DNA of 64,000 nucleotides, from assembly GCA_965219455.1 (NCBI GenBank), contig OZ244744.1:1824001-1888000 (forward strand), written 5' to 3'. Shown one piece after another: positions 9,860 to 20,343 of this stretch. The translations under genes and the position numbers were made by a program. The notes below the pieces were generated by a model. The model saw only the letters and a list, made by a program, of their open reading frames with translations, was not told where the DNA came from and made no database searches. Numbering within the stretch: the stretch's first letter is position 1; each line of letters opens with the position of its first letter. The DNA comes from Candidatus Latescibacterota bacterium (GTDB lineage Bacteria; Latescibacterota; UBA2968; GCA-2709665).

Positions 9860-12800
9860 TTGCTCCACAAAACCAGAGACCTCGTGGGCGAATGGCGAAA
9901 GGGCGACGCGGAGAAGCTCTACGCGCTCGAAATGGCGGCGGACGTGGCTTGGCCGGGAGGCGGAGGGTGGCAGACGACTCCCGACGAACAGGAGCGGGAT
10001 ATTCGCGAGAGCAATCTGATGGGGGCCTTCGTCACCGAGACTGAGCAGAAGATCATCAGCATCTGCAAGATCCGGGCAAAGCCGGGACAGCAGGTACACG
10101 CGTCTGTTCCGTACCTCAATTGCCGCCCGGATCACCACGGGAAGAAGCACGGAAAGTCGGTGCTGTGGGCTGCGCTGGACCGTGCGTACGAGGGCGGGTT
10201 CCAGCGCGTCGATCTGTACACGTGGCCGGGTAATTTGAAGGCGATGCCACTGTACAAGAAGATGGGGTTTATGTGGCGGCCGGACTCGTCCGTACACATG
10301 GAAAACTTCGTACCAGCCGCCCGCCGGCATCCGCTAGCCGCCGCTTTTTTCTCTAGGAGCCTGCGCTCCAGAACTGATTTGAGCACCGCACTATACTATA
10401 TATAGTGTCCTCAGATATCTTCTTTAACTATATATAGTATAGTGAGTTTTCTGCGGCGCAGACTCCTAGGCACGACTGGTACGAGACCCACGTTCGGGAA
10501 CTCAAGCCGGAAGAGGATGTGATGACGCGGGGCAGGGTGAAGGTTTACGAGTATCTCTGGCGGGCCCCGGACGGCGATCTGCTCAGACTGGTGTTCGACC
10601 GTGAGAGTTGGGGGATCATCGAGATCGAAAACAACGACCTGATGGTGTCGTGCAACCTGCCCGACGAGAAACTGGTTGCGGGAGTCCCCCACTCTGTCCG
10701 ATGGCGAATTGCGAACAAGAAACCGGATCCGGTTCACGTCTTTCTCACCGCCTCGGGTGATCCTGGTGTTGCGGTCGACAAGCGCAAGGCGCTGGATGTC
10801 ACGGACGCCGTGGAGCTTGAGGGAACATTCGTCATCGATCCGAATATCGAGGAAAAATTACACGAACCCAAAGCGGCGGTGCTACGGACCGATCTGGTGA
10901 TTGACGGCGCCGGGATCGAACTCGCGGCCGGGATTGACGCGCGCCAGGCTGTGGATGTTTCCATTGATGCCCCTCGCTCGATCCTGACGCCCGGGAAGCC
11001 GCAGGATACCGTGCTGACACTTCGGTCGAACCTGGACGAGGCATGTTCAGCGAACCTGCGGGTGAGACCGGCGGGTGGCGTCGATGTCAACGCGGGCGAG
11101 CAGCAGGTGGCGCTCGATCCGAAGGGCGCCGCCGAGTTGGCCGTTCCGGTTACGGCCCCGCACGCCGGGCCCGTTGCAATTGACGTCGAGACGACTGCCA
11201 CGGTGGACAGTAAGGCAATTCCGGTAAGGACAAAACGCCTCGACCTGTTGGCCGCTGAGCGAGGAGGCGTGTCCGGAGGCGTCGGGGAGCAGGGCGCCCT
11301 GCTCTGCGGCGGCGGACTGATGGTCAGCGCCGATTTGCGCAACGGGGAACTATCGATCTTCCACAGGCTTCGGTCGCTGAGGTCCCCTATGCTGGACCTG
11401 CGCAATCCGACGCTTGGACCGCCCTTTTCCGGAGGCGATCTGTTTCAGGAGAAGGCCGAGGCGTGGGTCGAACGAGACGCCTTCGGCGTTGTACTCCGGC
11501 TGCGGACCCGGTCAGTGCTTCGACCGGGCGTGATGCTGGACAGGCGGGTCGCGGTGGGGCACGGCCCGCTGGTGCAGGTCGTGGATACGGTGATCAACGG
11601 GTCGGCCCAGCCGCTGAACCTGTCGATGGAACAGAATTGGACGATAACGATCAGCCCCGTCGCGGCGTACATCGTGCCGCGGAAGCAGGGGGTGTACCGT
11701 CAGGTTGCCGATTCCGGCGGGCGCGAGATGGGCGAACTCCGGCTCTCCGAGGGTGGGGAGACGTGGCCGGAGGGATGGTTCTGCGTTGAAAACGAGGATG
11801 TCTGCGCCGCCGGATTTCTCTGGAACCGGGCCTCGCGAGTGGAACCCGGCCGTTGGGGCAGTGTGCGGCAGGAGGCGGTCCCGTTGAAGGCGGGTGAGTC
11901 GAAGTCGCTCGACCCGATATACGCTTTCGCCGGCGATGGGAACTGGCAGACGATCCGGGGATGGTGGCGGACCCTGTTCGGCAGCGTTCCGGAGGTCGAG
12001 GCGTCGCCCGCGCCCACCCACAGCCCGATCGAATTCGCAATCGAGCCAGGTCCGCTTGTGGTAACGGGCGAAAAGGCGGACGCGACCCTGCGCCTAAACC
12101 ACGTTGGAGAATACACGCTCGACGGGAAACTCATTGTCGAGGAATCCCCGGGTGTGCGTCCGGACGTGGCGGCCGTTAACGTCTCGCGGCTTTGCGAGTC
12201 CAACCCGGTTGTGAGAAAGGTGGGGTTCCGCCTCACGGGCCGAACCCGGCGTGGCGCGGAGGATATCCGTGCGCGTTTCGAGACCGAGGAGGCGGTCTAC
12301 CGGTTTACCGAAAGGGCGCTGATCCTCCCCGCGGACGCTGGCCAGGTAAGCGTGTCACGCCAGGAGAAGGGGCGTTTGGTCGTGCTGGACAACGGGATAT
12401 TGAACGTGAAGGTCGCGCCTTCTTTCCTGGGGTCCGTCATATCCCTCCGTCGGGACGGCCGTGAGTATCTCAACAGTTCGTACCCCGAAGCGGCGCCTCG
12501 AGGCTGGATAAATCCCTGGCACGGCGGCATCTCGCCGATGTACAGCCGGCTGTGGGATACGCTTTACAAGGAACGTTTTTGCTACCGGATAATTGAACGG
12601 AAGGGACGCCAGGGCCTTGTCTGGCGGGGCGTACGCGTCCATTGCCGCATCGCGCAGGAGCACGTCCGCGGCCAGTCCATTGCGGTCGAGTACCTGCTGG
12701 CGCCCGGCGCCGACGTGCTTGCGGTTTTGCCGAGTTGCCGCGATGAACTGGGGATCAGCGCCAGTGGTAACATGGGCTTTAGCGTCTGGCCCGGTTTCGC

Positions 12801-13128
12801 CGCCTCACCCGGGACCGCGTCTTTCTACAATGGGTGCTACGAGTCGATTACCGCGCTGGCGGCGCCCCACGAGGTCGAGGCCGGGCGCTGGAAGTGGGGT
12901 GGGATTGTGGGGAAGCGTGGAGAGGCGTTGTTCCTGAGCGGTAAGGGGGATCGGGCGCGCACAGGCGGTGAGTCCTTGGGCGAGGAGGGGTGCACGCTTG
13001 GAGGCAACGTTGGCCGCTGGATGACGCCCCGGGAACGAATCGAGGGGCTCTTCTTCCTGCTTCCGACTTCGGGGCTGGAAGAGGGGAAAGCGGGCGCGGT
13101 CTGGAGTGAGTTCGAAGCGCTGCCATAG
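9860..13128 (+). pseudogene. Large (~1050 aa) GNAT N-acetyltransferase-domain protein interrupted by a MITE
   Basis: GGGGAG RBS + TTG. GNAT motifs (LNCRPDHHGKKHGK; YTWPGNLKAMPLYKKMGF) lie in 9860-10356. Removing 10357-10469 joins this ORF in frame to ORF 10519-13128 (…FFSRHDWYETHVRELKPEEDVMTR…). Confidence 0.85.
10357..10465. mobile_element. 109-bp MITE with CTAG target-site duplication
   Basis: CTAG at 10353-56 and 10466-69; imperfect TIRs GAGCCTGCGCTCCAGAA / GAGTCTGCGCCGCAGAA (rev-comp); AT-rich core in GC-rich coding DNA. Confidence 0.9.
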
Positions 13129-13164
13129 CGGTTCAATCAGGGGCACGCGACCGACCAAGAAGGG

Positions 13165-14565
13165 TTACGCGAGATCCGCCCTTCGAAAATAGGTTTCGAC
13201 TTTATACCAAAAGAGGAACTGGGAAAGGAGGATCAATGCAGCGCATCCTAGGATCTCATGGATGCTGGCGAAACCAGAACCCATTTCAAGCCATAAACCG
13301 CCCAATATCCCGCCGCCAAACGCAAAGAGAAACCATATTACCGCAAACGAAATCAAACCTCGTCCAAATCGCAGAAGGATCCACGAAAGAAATGGGCTGA
13401 ATAATAACATAAGGGTTAGCGGTCGGATAAATTCAGGGACAAATTTGAATGGCGTTTCGTATCCCGCATAAAGCCACGCTAGGCTTCCCGCAAAGTAGAA
13501 GATCAGTAGCATGATTCCACAGAAAACAGCATTGTGAAGGAAGCTACCCCAATACGCGTGTTTTGCCAACTGCTGACGAGAAAGCGGATAAAGCAGATTT
13601 CCTTTGAGGAGCAACGATCCAAGCGTAAAATGGAAACAGACGAACATGGCGGGAAAGATCGATACGAGCACGGTCATGTTCTTAATGGAGGTCGGTTCGA
13701 ATATCGCCTGATATATGTACTGAATTCCCGTCTGGTGAAAACCTCGTTTGTATCCCATGTGATATGCCATAGTGATTACCACCAGTAAAGCAACACTTGA
13801 TAATCCGACGGCTACAACCGGCCATCCTCCGCGAACCAGGCCGAGATTTTCGTATGCACCGGCTCGAATCCAGTCAAATAGGCCGGTAATCGGCCGTTTA
13901 TTCTTCCACATCCGCCTCGATTTTCCCTTCGGGGCCGTCAGTACCTTGATGGAGACCAGTGAATTCCGGCGGGCGACGTCGACGGCGATATTTCTTTGGA
14001 GAAACAGCGAGGCTCCCAACGTTGTCAGGAGGACACACAGTAGGGTCTGGGTACCGTAAAAATCGACGATTCGATTGATCGAAAATCCCGCCACGACCAA
14101 TAGAAACAATGTAAACTTCGCAACTTGGCTTCCGCGGATGCGCAGAGTCGAAAAATCCGGCACTTGACCGCGGCCGACAGTCAGTCCCATATTGTACCAG
14201 AGGAGAACGGACGTAAAAATCGGGAGGGTCGGACCCGGTCCGTCGAGCGACTTGTAAGCCCACGTTACGATGAACGCCGTGGCGATGCCGACCGACAACA
14301 ATGAGAAAAAGAGTTGCCTTCGCAGATTGGGCAAAGTCCATGAAATCAGTGTATGCTGAAGTTCGCGCACGCCCTGGCCGAGGCTGTTTCCGACAAATGC
14401 GGCGAAAAGAAAGCTGAGGAAATTAAGACGGCCCGGCGTCGGTGTTCCGGGGAAGGACTGGTCCGGATAGGTAAACAGAAAAAATGCGAAGGCAAATCCC
14501 TGGCTTAAGACGTACAGGATCGTAATCCGGCGCCACAACAATCCGAAAAGCGCGTAAAGCCCCAT
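13165..14565 (-). CDS. Multi-pass membrane protein, putative ABC permease subunit (paralog 3)
   Basis: Start MGLYALFGLLWRR matches the paralog starts; shared ELQHT..SW.LP.LRR, WIRAG.YEN and LYPLSR.QLA motifs; in the ABC operon. Confidence 0.8.
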   Translation of the reverse strand: MGLYALFGLLWRRITILYVLSQGFAFAFFLFTYPDQSFPGTPTPGRLNFLSFLFAAFVGNSLGQGVRELQHTLISWTLPNLRRQLFFSLLSVGIATAFIVTWAYKSLDGPGPTLPIFTSVLLWYNMGLTVGRGQVPDFSTLRIRGSQVAKFTLFLLVVAGFSINRIVDFYGTQTLLCVLLTTLGASLFLQRNIAVDVARRNSLVSIKVLTAPKGKSRRMWKNKRPITGLFDWIRAGAYENLGLVRGGWPVVAVGLSSVALLVVITMAYHMGYKRGFHQTGIQYIYQAIFEPTSIKNMTVLVSIFPAMFVCFHFTLGSLLLKGNLLYPLSRQQLAKHAYWGSFLHNAVFCGIMLLIFYFAGSLAWLYAGYETPFKFVPEFIRPLTLMLLFSPFLSWILLRFGRGLISFAVIWFLFAFGGGILGGLWLEMGSGFASIHEILGCAALILLSQFLFWYKVETYFRRADLA

Positions 14566-14600
14566 GCGAAGTCTCCTGGAGGACAACACGAATGCGAAAG

Positions 14601-15965
14601 TCAGACGAGGTCCGCGCTTCGATAATAGCTCTCGAGTTTGTAGCGAAAAAGCCATTGGGACAGGAGGATCAGACCTGAGCAAGCGATGACCTCGTAAAAA
14701 AGTGGGATACTCGACTTTGTTCCAATCCAGAACCAGCCCAGGCCTAAGCCGAAAACGCCAAGAATGCAGCACAGATAAAGCGCTAGTACTGTTGGAGTAT
14801 CAGTAAAACAAGGGCCGTGTCGCAGGCGCATCCATTGAAATACCGGGTTGACGATAAATACCAACGCCAGAGGACGCCTGAAGCCGAACCAATTGGCCAG
14901 TTCTACAAGGCTCTCAAAGACAAGAATCGCCAGCAACATGATCCCGCATATCCCCACATTATAAAGGAGGCTGCTCAAGTACGCGAGTTTCGACAATTGG
15001 TTGCGGGAAAGCGGATAAAGCCAGCCCTTCTGCAGGAATAACGAACCGTTGGCGCAGAATCCCATCGCCAGCATCGCTGGGATACCCGGTGTCAACATTT
15101 GGAGTCCGATCAGGATGCCAAACTCCCTTAATGCCGACGGGTATGAAAGGACAAACACGATAAGCACAGCGATCGCCGATATTTTGACGGCTCTTCCCGC
15201 CCATCCTCCCCAATTCGAGGCGAAATTTTCATATTCACCGGCGCGAATCCAGCAGGAAATGCCAGTGATAGGACCCTTAAATGGCAATCCACGCGTCGGA
15301 ATTCTCTTCCGGGCCAAAAGCTCCTCCTCCGGGGACCTTATAGGAACGAGAGATTTCATTCTTGCGACGTTGACATTATGGAAACGTAAGAAACAAAACG
15401 TCGTTCCGGCCAATGTCAGGACAAAACTGAGGATGGGCTGGTTGCCATATAAATTATTGATACGATTTATCGAGAAAACTGCCAGGACGAGCGCGGTGAT
15501 TCGCAAAATCACTGCTCCGTAGTGAAATAAAGGACGATCCGAACCCCGAACGTATCCATCCACCGCGACGATTCCCACACTGTACCATAATGTGCTCGAT
15601 GTGAAAACCGGGATCCACGGAGCGGCACCGCCGAGCCAACGATATACTACTGTTACTGGGATAGCAGCGATGATGCCCACGGAAATAAGCGGAAAAAGGA
15701 GATTCCGTCGGAGGTTCGGCAGACTCCAGGCAAGCAGCGTGTGTTGTAGTTCAGCTGCACTTTGCCCAGCCAATGTAAGGCCGACAAGGAATGGAAATAT
15801 CACGGGAAACAGGTTGACGCGCGTGTGGCCGGAAATTCCGAAATCGGGTGCATAAATGGTCAGTACCGGTAACAGTACTGCCGCTGTACCCAAACCCAAG
15901 AAGGACACTTGGACGAGCAATGCTCTTCGCCAGAGCAATCGGAAAAATGCGTAGAAACCGATCAT
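14601..15965 (-). CDS. Multi-pass membrane protein, putative ABC permease subunit (paralog 2)
   Basis: Same motifs (ELQHTLLAWSLPNLRR, WIRAGEYEN, WLYPLSR, C-terminal ADLV). Confidence 0.8.
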   Translation of the reverse strand: MIGFYAFFRLLWRRALLVQVSFLGLGTAAVLLPVLTIYAPDFGISGHTRVNLFPVIFPFLVGLTLAGQSAAELQHTLLAWSLPNLRRNLLFPLISVGIIAAIPVTVVYRWLGGAAPWIPVFTSSTLWYSVGIVAVDGYVRGSDRPLFHYGAVILRITALVLAVFSINRINNLYGNQPILSFVLTLAGTTFCFLRFHNVNVARMKSLVPIRSPEEELLARKRIPTRGLPFKGPITGISCWIRAGEYENFASNWGGWAGRAVKISAIAVLIVFVLSYPSALREFGILIGLQMLTPGIPAMLAMGFCANGSLFLQKGWLYPLSRNQLSKLAYLSSLLYNVGICGIMLLAILVFESLVELANWFGFRRPLALVFIVNPVFQWMRLRHGPCFTDTPTVLALYLCCILGVFGLGLGWFWIGTKSSIPLFYEVIACSGLILLSQWLFRYKLESYYRSADLV

Positions 15966-16469
15966 CTTGTCACCTGGTAGACGACGTCAATGCGAGGATC
16001 ATACGAGATCCCCTGTCTTGAAATATCTCTGGATCTTGTAGCGAAAAAGGCCCTGGGACAGTATGACCAGTCCCGTGACCGCTGCGGCCTCATAGGTGAA
16101 GTCTATGCGTGGACCCAGATAAAGCCATATTGTAATCAAGATCGAATAGCCAATAACGAAAAGCGCCAGGAATACGTATGAAGAAACCTTGAATTGGACG
16201 TTCCGCAAGCGGACCCATTGGATGACCGTGATACAGATGAACATCAATAGGAGAGGACGCGCGAGGTCGAGCCCCGCGAAAATTCCGGTAAGGCCTTCGA
16301 GCAAAAGAAACGCCAATAACAAGATCCCGAAGTGTAGTGTGCTATGTAGCAGGCAACTCCAGTACGCGAGTCTCGCCAATTCCTGTCGCGAAAGCGGATA
16401 GAGCCAGCTTTTTTGAAGGTACAATGCCTGTTGTATCATGAGAATGCCTAGCGCGGCTTCGCTTTGCTC

Positions 16470-18154
16470 AGCCGCAACCAAATAGGTGGTAGTCAAGAGC
16501 AGATTGTTTTTGGGTATGCAAAACGGCGTTCATCCCCTATGATGGTGGTACCCACCGCCATCAATGGAAGGAGGAACGCCGTGAAAGACTTCGTGGACCA
16601 ATGTAGTGAAAAAATCACCGGAGTGGTATCCTGTTTTGATCGGGTTCTGTTCAAAGGGTACCTGCCGCTGGGATTTGGAACTGCGATGGAGCGGTTCATC
16701 AGCAATCAGGGTTTGTTGTTGAAGGACTTCAAGCGTTTTGTGATGACGCATTCCGATACGATCAAAGCCCACGCGGAGGCGATGGCAAACAAGCACGAGC
16801 GCCCGTTCATCTATCTGCAACGCAACACCATCAGGAAAGAGGACGAAGCGCGACGGTTGGCAAAACGCGATGGGATCACGCAAGGCCTGGTCTGTGTGTT
16901 TCGGGCCCTGGAAGGCTGCCAGAGTTTCAAGCTGGTGCCAGGGGAAGGAAGGCCTCGCCTGATCAACGCACAACGGAAATGCCTGTGCTACTACTTCTAC
17001 TGGATTGACCGGGAGTTTGGACTGATGCATATCCGCATCCAGTCCTGGTTCCCGCTGGTGGTACAGATCTGTCTCAATGGCCACGAGTTCTTGGCGCGCA
17101 AGCTCGACAAACACGGCATCGCCTATGAAAAATTGGACAACGCGTTTGTCTGGATTGCCGATGTGGACCGGGCGCAACGCTTTGCCGATCGTTTTGTGGG
17201 CAAGAATTGGCCGCGCATTCTCTCTGCGTTCGCCCGCAAGGTCAACCCCCTGCTCAACGACCTGCTTTTGGGCATGGACTACTACTGGGTCGTTGACCAG
17301 GCCGAGTTCGCCACCGACGTGATGTTCCAAAACCCCCACGCCCTGAAGGCGCTGTATGAAAACCTGCTCAGACACACGGTGCTGTGCTTCTCTCCCCAGG
17401 ACATCTTGACCTTCCTGGGCCGCAAACTCCACGGCAACTTTCAGGGTGAAGTCCTCACGGACTTCAAAAACAAACGCCACAAAGGCGCAAGAGTCAAACA
17501 CCGGATGTGTGAGAACTGGATTAAAATGTACGACAAACACGGGTGCGTACTACGCGTCGAAACAGTGATCAACCATCCAAGGCAGTTCAAGGTTCGCCGC
17601 TGGGGCATACGGCGAGGACAACGCGTGATGGGCTGGTATCCCATGGCCAAAGGCGTGGCCAACCTCTACCGCTATCGGGAAATCTCGTTGACGGCCAACC
17701 AACGCTACTTTCAGGCGCTGTCCGCAGCCCCTGACGCCGCTACCGGACATCAAAGCCTCACCACACTGGCGCGGCCACGCAGGCACAAGGGACGTACCTA
17801 TCGGGGCTTTAACCCCGCCGACCTTTACGACCTCGACCTGTTTACCGCTGTGTTGAAAGGCGAACACGCCCTTATGGGCTTCCGCAACCAGGACATCCGA
17901 ACACACCTCTTCCAACAACCCGCATCCCTTCTGCAACGCACTCGGCACGCCAATGCCACCAGCCGCCTCCTCAAACGTCTACACGTCCGCGGCCTGATTG
18001 CAAAAATCCCACGGTCCAGACGATGGCGCGTCACACCCGCGGGGCACAAAACACTCGCCTTGTCTTTGACCCTTTACCATCAACACCCTACCACTAAACA
18101 AGCAGCATGAATAATTATCTACGCATTTTGCGTAGAAGTCACACTGTAAGACTC
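16470..18154 (+). mobile_element. 1685-bp single-gene insertion element without terminal inverted repeats
   Basis: Precise excision restores the host ORF; CTC present at both junctions (16467-69 and 18152-54); left end AGCCGCAACCAAA; subterminal hairpin TCTACGCA-TTT-TGCGTAGA at 18118-18136. Confidence 0.85.
16581..18110 (+). CDS. Putative transposase/relaxase of the element (Rep_trans-like motifs, C-terminal winged HTH)
   Basis: AGGAGG RBS + GTG, 509 aa; motifs RVKH…IKMYDK…VLRVETVIN; C-terminal RLLKRLHVRGLIAKIPRSRRWRVT looks wHTH-like; no obvious DDE, HUH or serine/tyrosine recombinase signature. Confidence 0.7.
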   Translation: MKDFVDQCSEKITGVVSCFDRVLFKGYLPLGFGTAMERFISNQGLLLKDFKRFVMTHSDTIKAHAEAMANKHERPFIYLQRNTIRKEDEARRLAKRDGITQGLVCVFRALEGCQSFKLVPGEGRPRLINAQRKCLCYYFYWIDREFGLMHIRIQSWFPLVVQICLNGHEFLARKLDKHGIAYEKLDNAFVWIADVDRAQRFADRFVGKNWPRILSAFARKVNPLLNDLLLGMDYYWVVDQAEFATDVMFQNPHALKALYENLLRHTVLCFSPQDILTFLGRKLHGNFQGEVLTDFKNKRHKGARVKHRMCENWIKMYDKHGCVLRVETVINHPRQFKVRRWGIRRGQRVMGWYPMAKGVANLYRYREISLTANQRYFQALSAAPDAATGHQSLTTLARPRRHKGRTYRGFNPADLYDLDLFTAVLKGEHALMGFRNQDIRTHLFQQPASLLQRTRHANATSRLLKRLHVRGLIAKIPRSRRWRVTPAGHKTLALSLTLYHQHPTTKQAA

Positions 18155-19041
18155 TAAACTCACGGAAACCGCGACGAATCCGTGCACCTGATATTGCCCG
18201 AAAATCCGAACGATGACCGCTACCAGGGCCAGCATGACAACTGAGTGCAGAAACACCGAACCAACCCATCCGACACGGACCGTGCCGTAGTTCTCGTATT
18301 CACCGGCTCGCACCCAGTCGACGAGGCCCGTGAGTGGAGCCGCGCGCTTCCATCTCCGCCCGGAATCTCTCCGTCCAGCCAACTTGGCCGATTGGTAAGG
18401 TCCGAACGTGAACTGATGGAACACAGGCATTGAGACCTGCGATTTTCCTCTGGCGGCGTTGACGCCAAAGCTGTGTATCAAATAGAGCAGTGCGCCAATG
18501 AGAGTAACAAGCGCACAAAGAGCCGGTTGGGACGTGTAAAGATCGGCGATTCGATTGATCGAGAGAACGCTGAATACCAGAATCAGAATCGTAATATACA
18601 AGACAGCCGATTTGCGAATCCGGAACGATCGAGCGTCTATGAATTCGTAAGTTCCGATCGTAAACACCAGACTGTACCAAAGGAAACAGGACGCGAGAAT
18701 CGGGATTGTGGGGGCAGAACCTCCCAACCAGTCATAGGCCCAGCCTGTCAGGACGGAGATAACGGCTCCTGTGAAAAATACCGAAGAAATGAGCTGTCTG
18801 CGTATACGGGGAAGCGACCAGGAATGCGGTGTGTGCTGAATCTCCCCCACACTCTGGCCGACAAAGAAGCCGGCAATTGAAGGAAGGGCCATTGTGAGCA
18901 GAATGAGGCGTCCCGGTTCAGACAGGCTTGGCAGTTTCGTGCCGGCGGCCCAAAGCACCAGCAGAATCAGTCCGGTGAAAAGCGCATAGAATACAATGAT
19001 CACCGGACGCCAGAGCAATCGGTACAGCGCGTAGAGCCCCA

Positions 19042-19926
19042 TCACTCGGTCTCCTGAAGGAGGAGAGGAAACATCCTCTCCAGGTTCAGCGGGTTGCCGG
19101 CCACGTCCACGCCGTATTTCATCTTGAACGCGTCCAGGTTGTCTGAAGCCCCATTGACGAGCAGGCGCGCCTGGTAGCTGTCCACCTCCTGAGATAGAAT
19201 GAAGTCTTCCTGGAAGTGCGTGGGGAGTCTGCCGGTCTTGACGCTTACCTGCCATTCGGCGAAGCGCTCCTGGAGGTCGTCCAGCGAGGCGTCGGCTCTG
19301 ACTCGGCCCCGGTCCATGCAAATCACGCGATTGATGACTTTTTCGATGTCGTGCAGAACGTGCGAAGATATCACGATGGTATTGGCGTCCTGTTGAAGAA
19401 GTTCAAGGAGGAATTTCAGAAACTGTTCCCGCGTGATGGGGTCCAGGCCGCTGACGGGTTCGTCCAGAATCAGCAGGTCCGGGCGATGGCAGACAGCCAG
19501 AATGATGCCCAGTTTCTGGGCGTTGCCTGGCGAGAGGGTCCCCACGCGCGCTGAGGGCTCCAGTTCCAGTTCGCCGAGCAGGCGCACCTCCAGGTCCCGG
19601 TCCCAATTCTTGTAGAACGAGGAGACATAGCGCAGTTGCTGTTCCACCTTCATCCATTCCAGGAACCGGTTCTCCTGGTGAACGACGCCGATGCGCGAGA
19701 GTTCGCCGGGGCCGAGCTTGTCGCTGGGGCATCCAAGGGTGGTGCATTGCCCGCTGGAAGGCAGATAAAGTCCGATGACGTGGCGGAGCAGGGTCGTCTT
19801 TCCGCTTCCGTTTCTGCCGATCAGGCCCACAACGGCCGGTTTTGGAACGGCCACGCTCACGTTGTCCAGCGCGGTCACGTCTCCAAACGCCTTTGTGAGA
19901 TTCTTGACTTCGAATGCAGATTCCAT
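19042..19926 (-). CDS. ABC transporter ATP-binding protein (YtrB-like)
   Basis: Walker A GRNGSGKTT, signature LSPGN, Walker B LLILDEP, ISSH. Confidence 0.95.
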   Translation of the reverse strand: MESAFEVKNLTKAFGDVTALDNVSVAVPKPAVVGLIGRNGSGKTTLLRHVIGLYLPSSGQCTTLGCPSDKLGPGELSRIGVVHQENRFLEWMKVEQQLRYVSSFYKNWDRDLEVRLLGELELEPSARVGTLSPGNAQKLGIILAVCHRPDLLILDEPVSGLDPITREQFLKFLLELLQQDANTIVISSHVLHDIEKVINRVICMDRGRVRADASLDDLQERFAEWQVSVKTGRLPTHFQEDFILSQEVDSYQARLLVNGASDNLDAFKMKYGVDVAGNPLNLERMFPLLLQETE

Positions 19927-19927
19927 A

Positions 19928-20320
19928 TTATGATTCCTCTTGATTGCCGGCGGTATCCATCATCTGGCCGAAGATCTCCAGGGCCTGGCCTTTGTCAATG
20001 CCAAGCTGTCTCGCGATGGCCACAATGGGCGCCAGGCTCTGCCGTAGCCGATTGAGCTTATGAACCTCGATCTTTTCGGGTCTCAAGTAACTGACTGTGA
20101 GGGGACGCCCGCGACGCCGTTCCACGATGCCCTCCGCCTCCAGATATCCGTAGGCTTTGCTGACGGTCATCGGGTTGACACCCAGTTGTGCGGAGAGGGT
20201 GCGCGTGGCGGGCAGCTTCTCGCCCGGCCGTATCAGACCGCTTGCGATATGAAATTTGATCTGGTCCATCAACTGCCGGTAGACCGGCACGCCGCTGTGG
20301 TGATCGATTGCAATCAGCAC
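19928..20320 (-). CDS. GntR-family regulator, YtrA subfamily
   Basis: PVYRQLMDQIK…GEKLPATRTLSAQLGVNPMTVSKAY; short C-terminal domain; precedes an ABC ATPase. Confidence 0.93.
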   Translation of the reverse strand: MLIAIDHHSGVPVYRQLMDQIKFHIASGLIRPGEKLPATRTLSAQLGVNPMTVSKAYGYLEAEGIVERRRGRPLTVSYLRPEKIEVHKLNRLRQSLAPIVAIARQLGIDKGQALEIFGQMMDTAGNQEES

Positions 20321-20343
20321 GGGTCAGTTCTCCAGAGTGTATT

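Larger units (their letters stand above)
15999..19042 (-). pseudogene. Putative ABC permease subunit (paralog 1) split by an inserted element
   Basis: N-part 19042-18152 (MGLYALYRLLWRP…VSVSLE) and C-part 16466-15999 (QSEAALG…WLYPLSR…GDLV) rejoin in frame as ~452 aa when 16470-18154 is removed. Confidence 0.88.

Noticed and set aside
16470-18154. Classical DDE IS with TIRs, or a MarR regulator gene
   Set aside because: No terminal inverted repeats or recognisable DDE triad; the wHTH covers only the C-terminal ~80 aa of a 509-aa protein that interrupts a host gene.
19043-19321. N-terminal extensions of ORFs 18119-19321 and 13165-14772
   Set aside because: They overlap upstream genes; the paralogous MGLYAL starts define the true N-termini.
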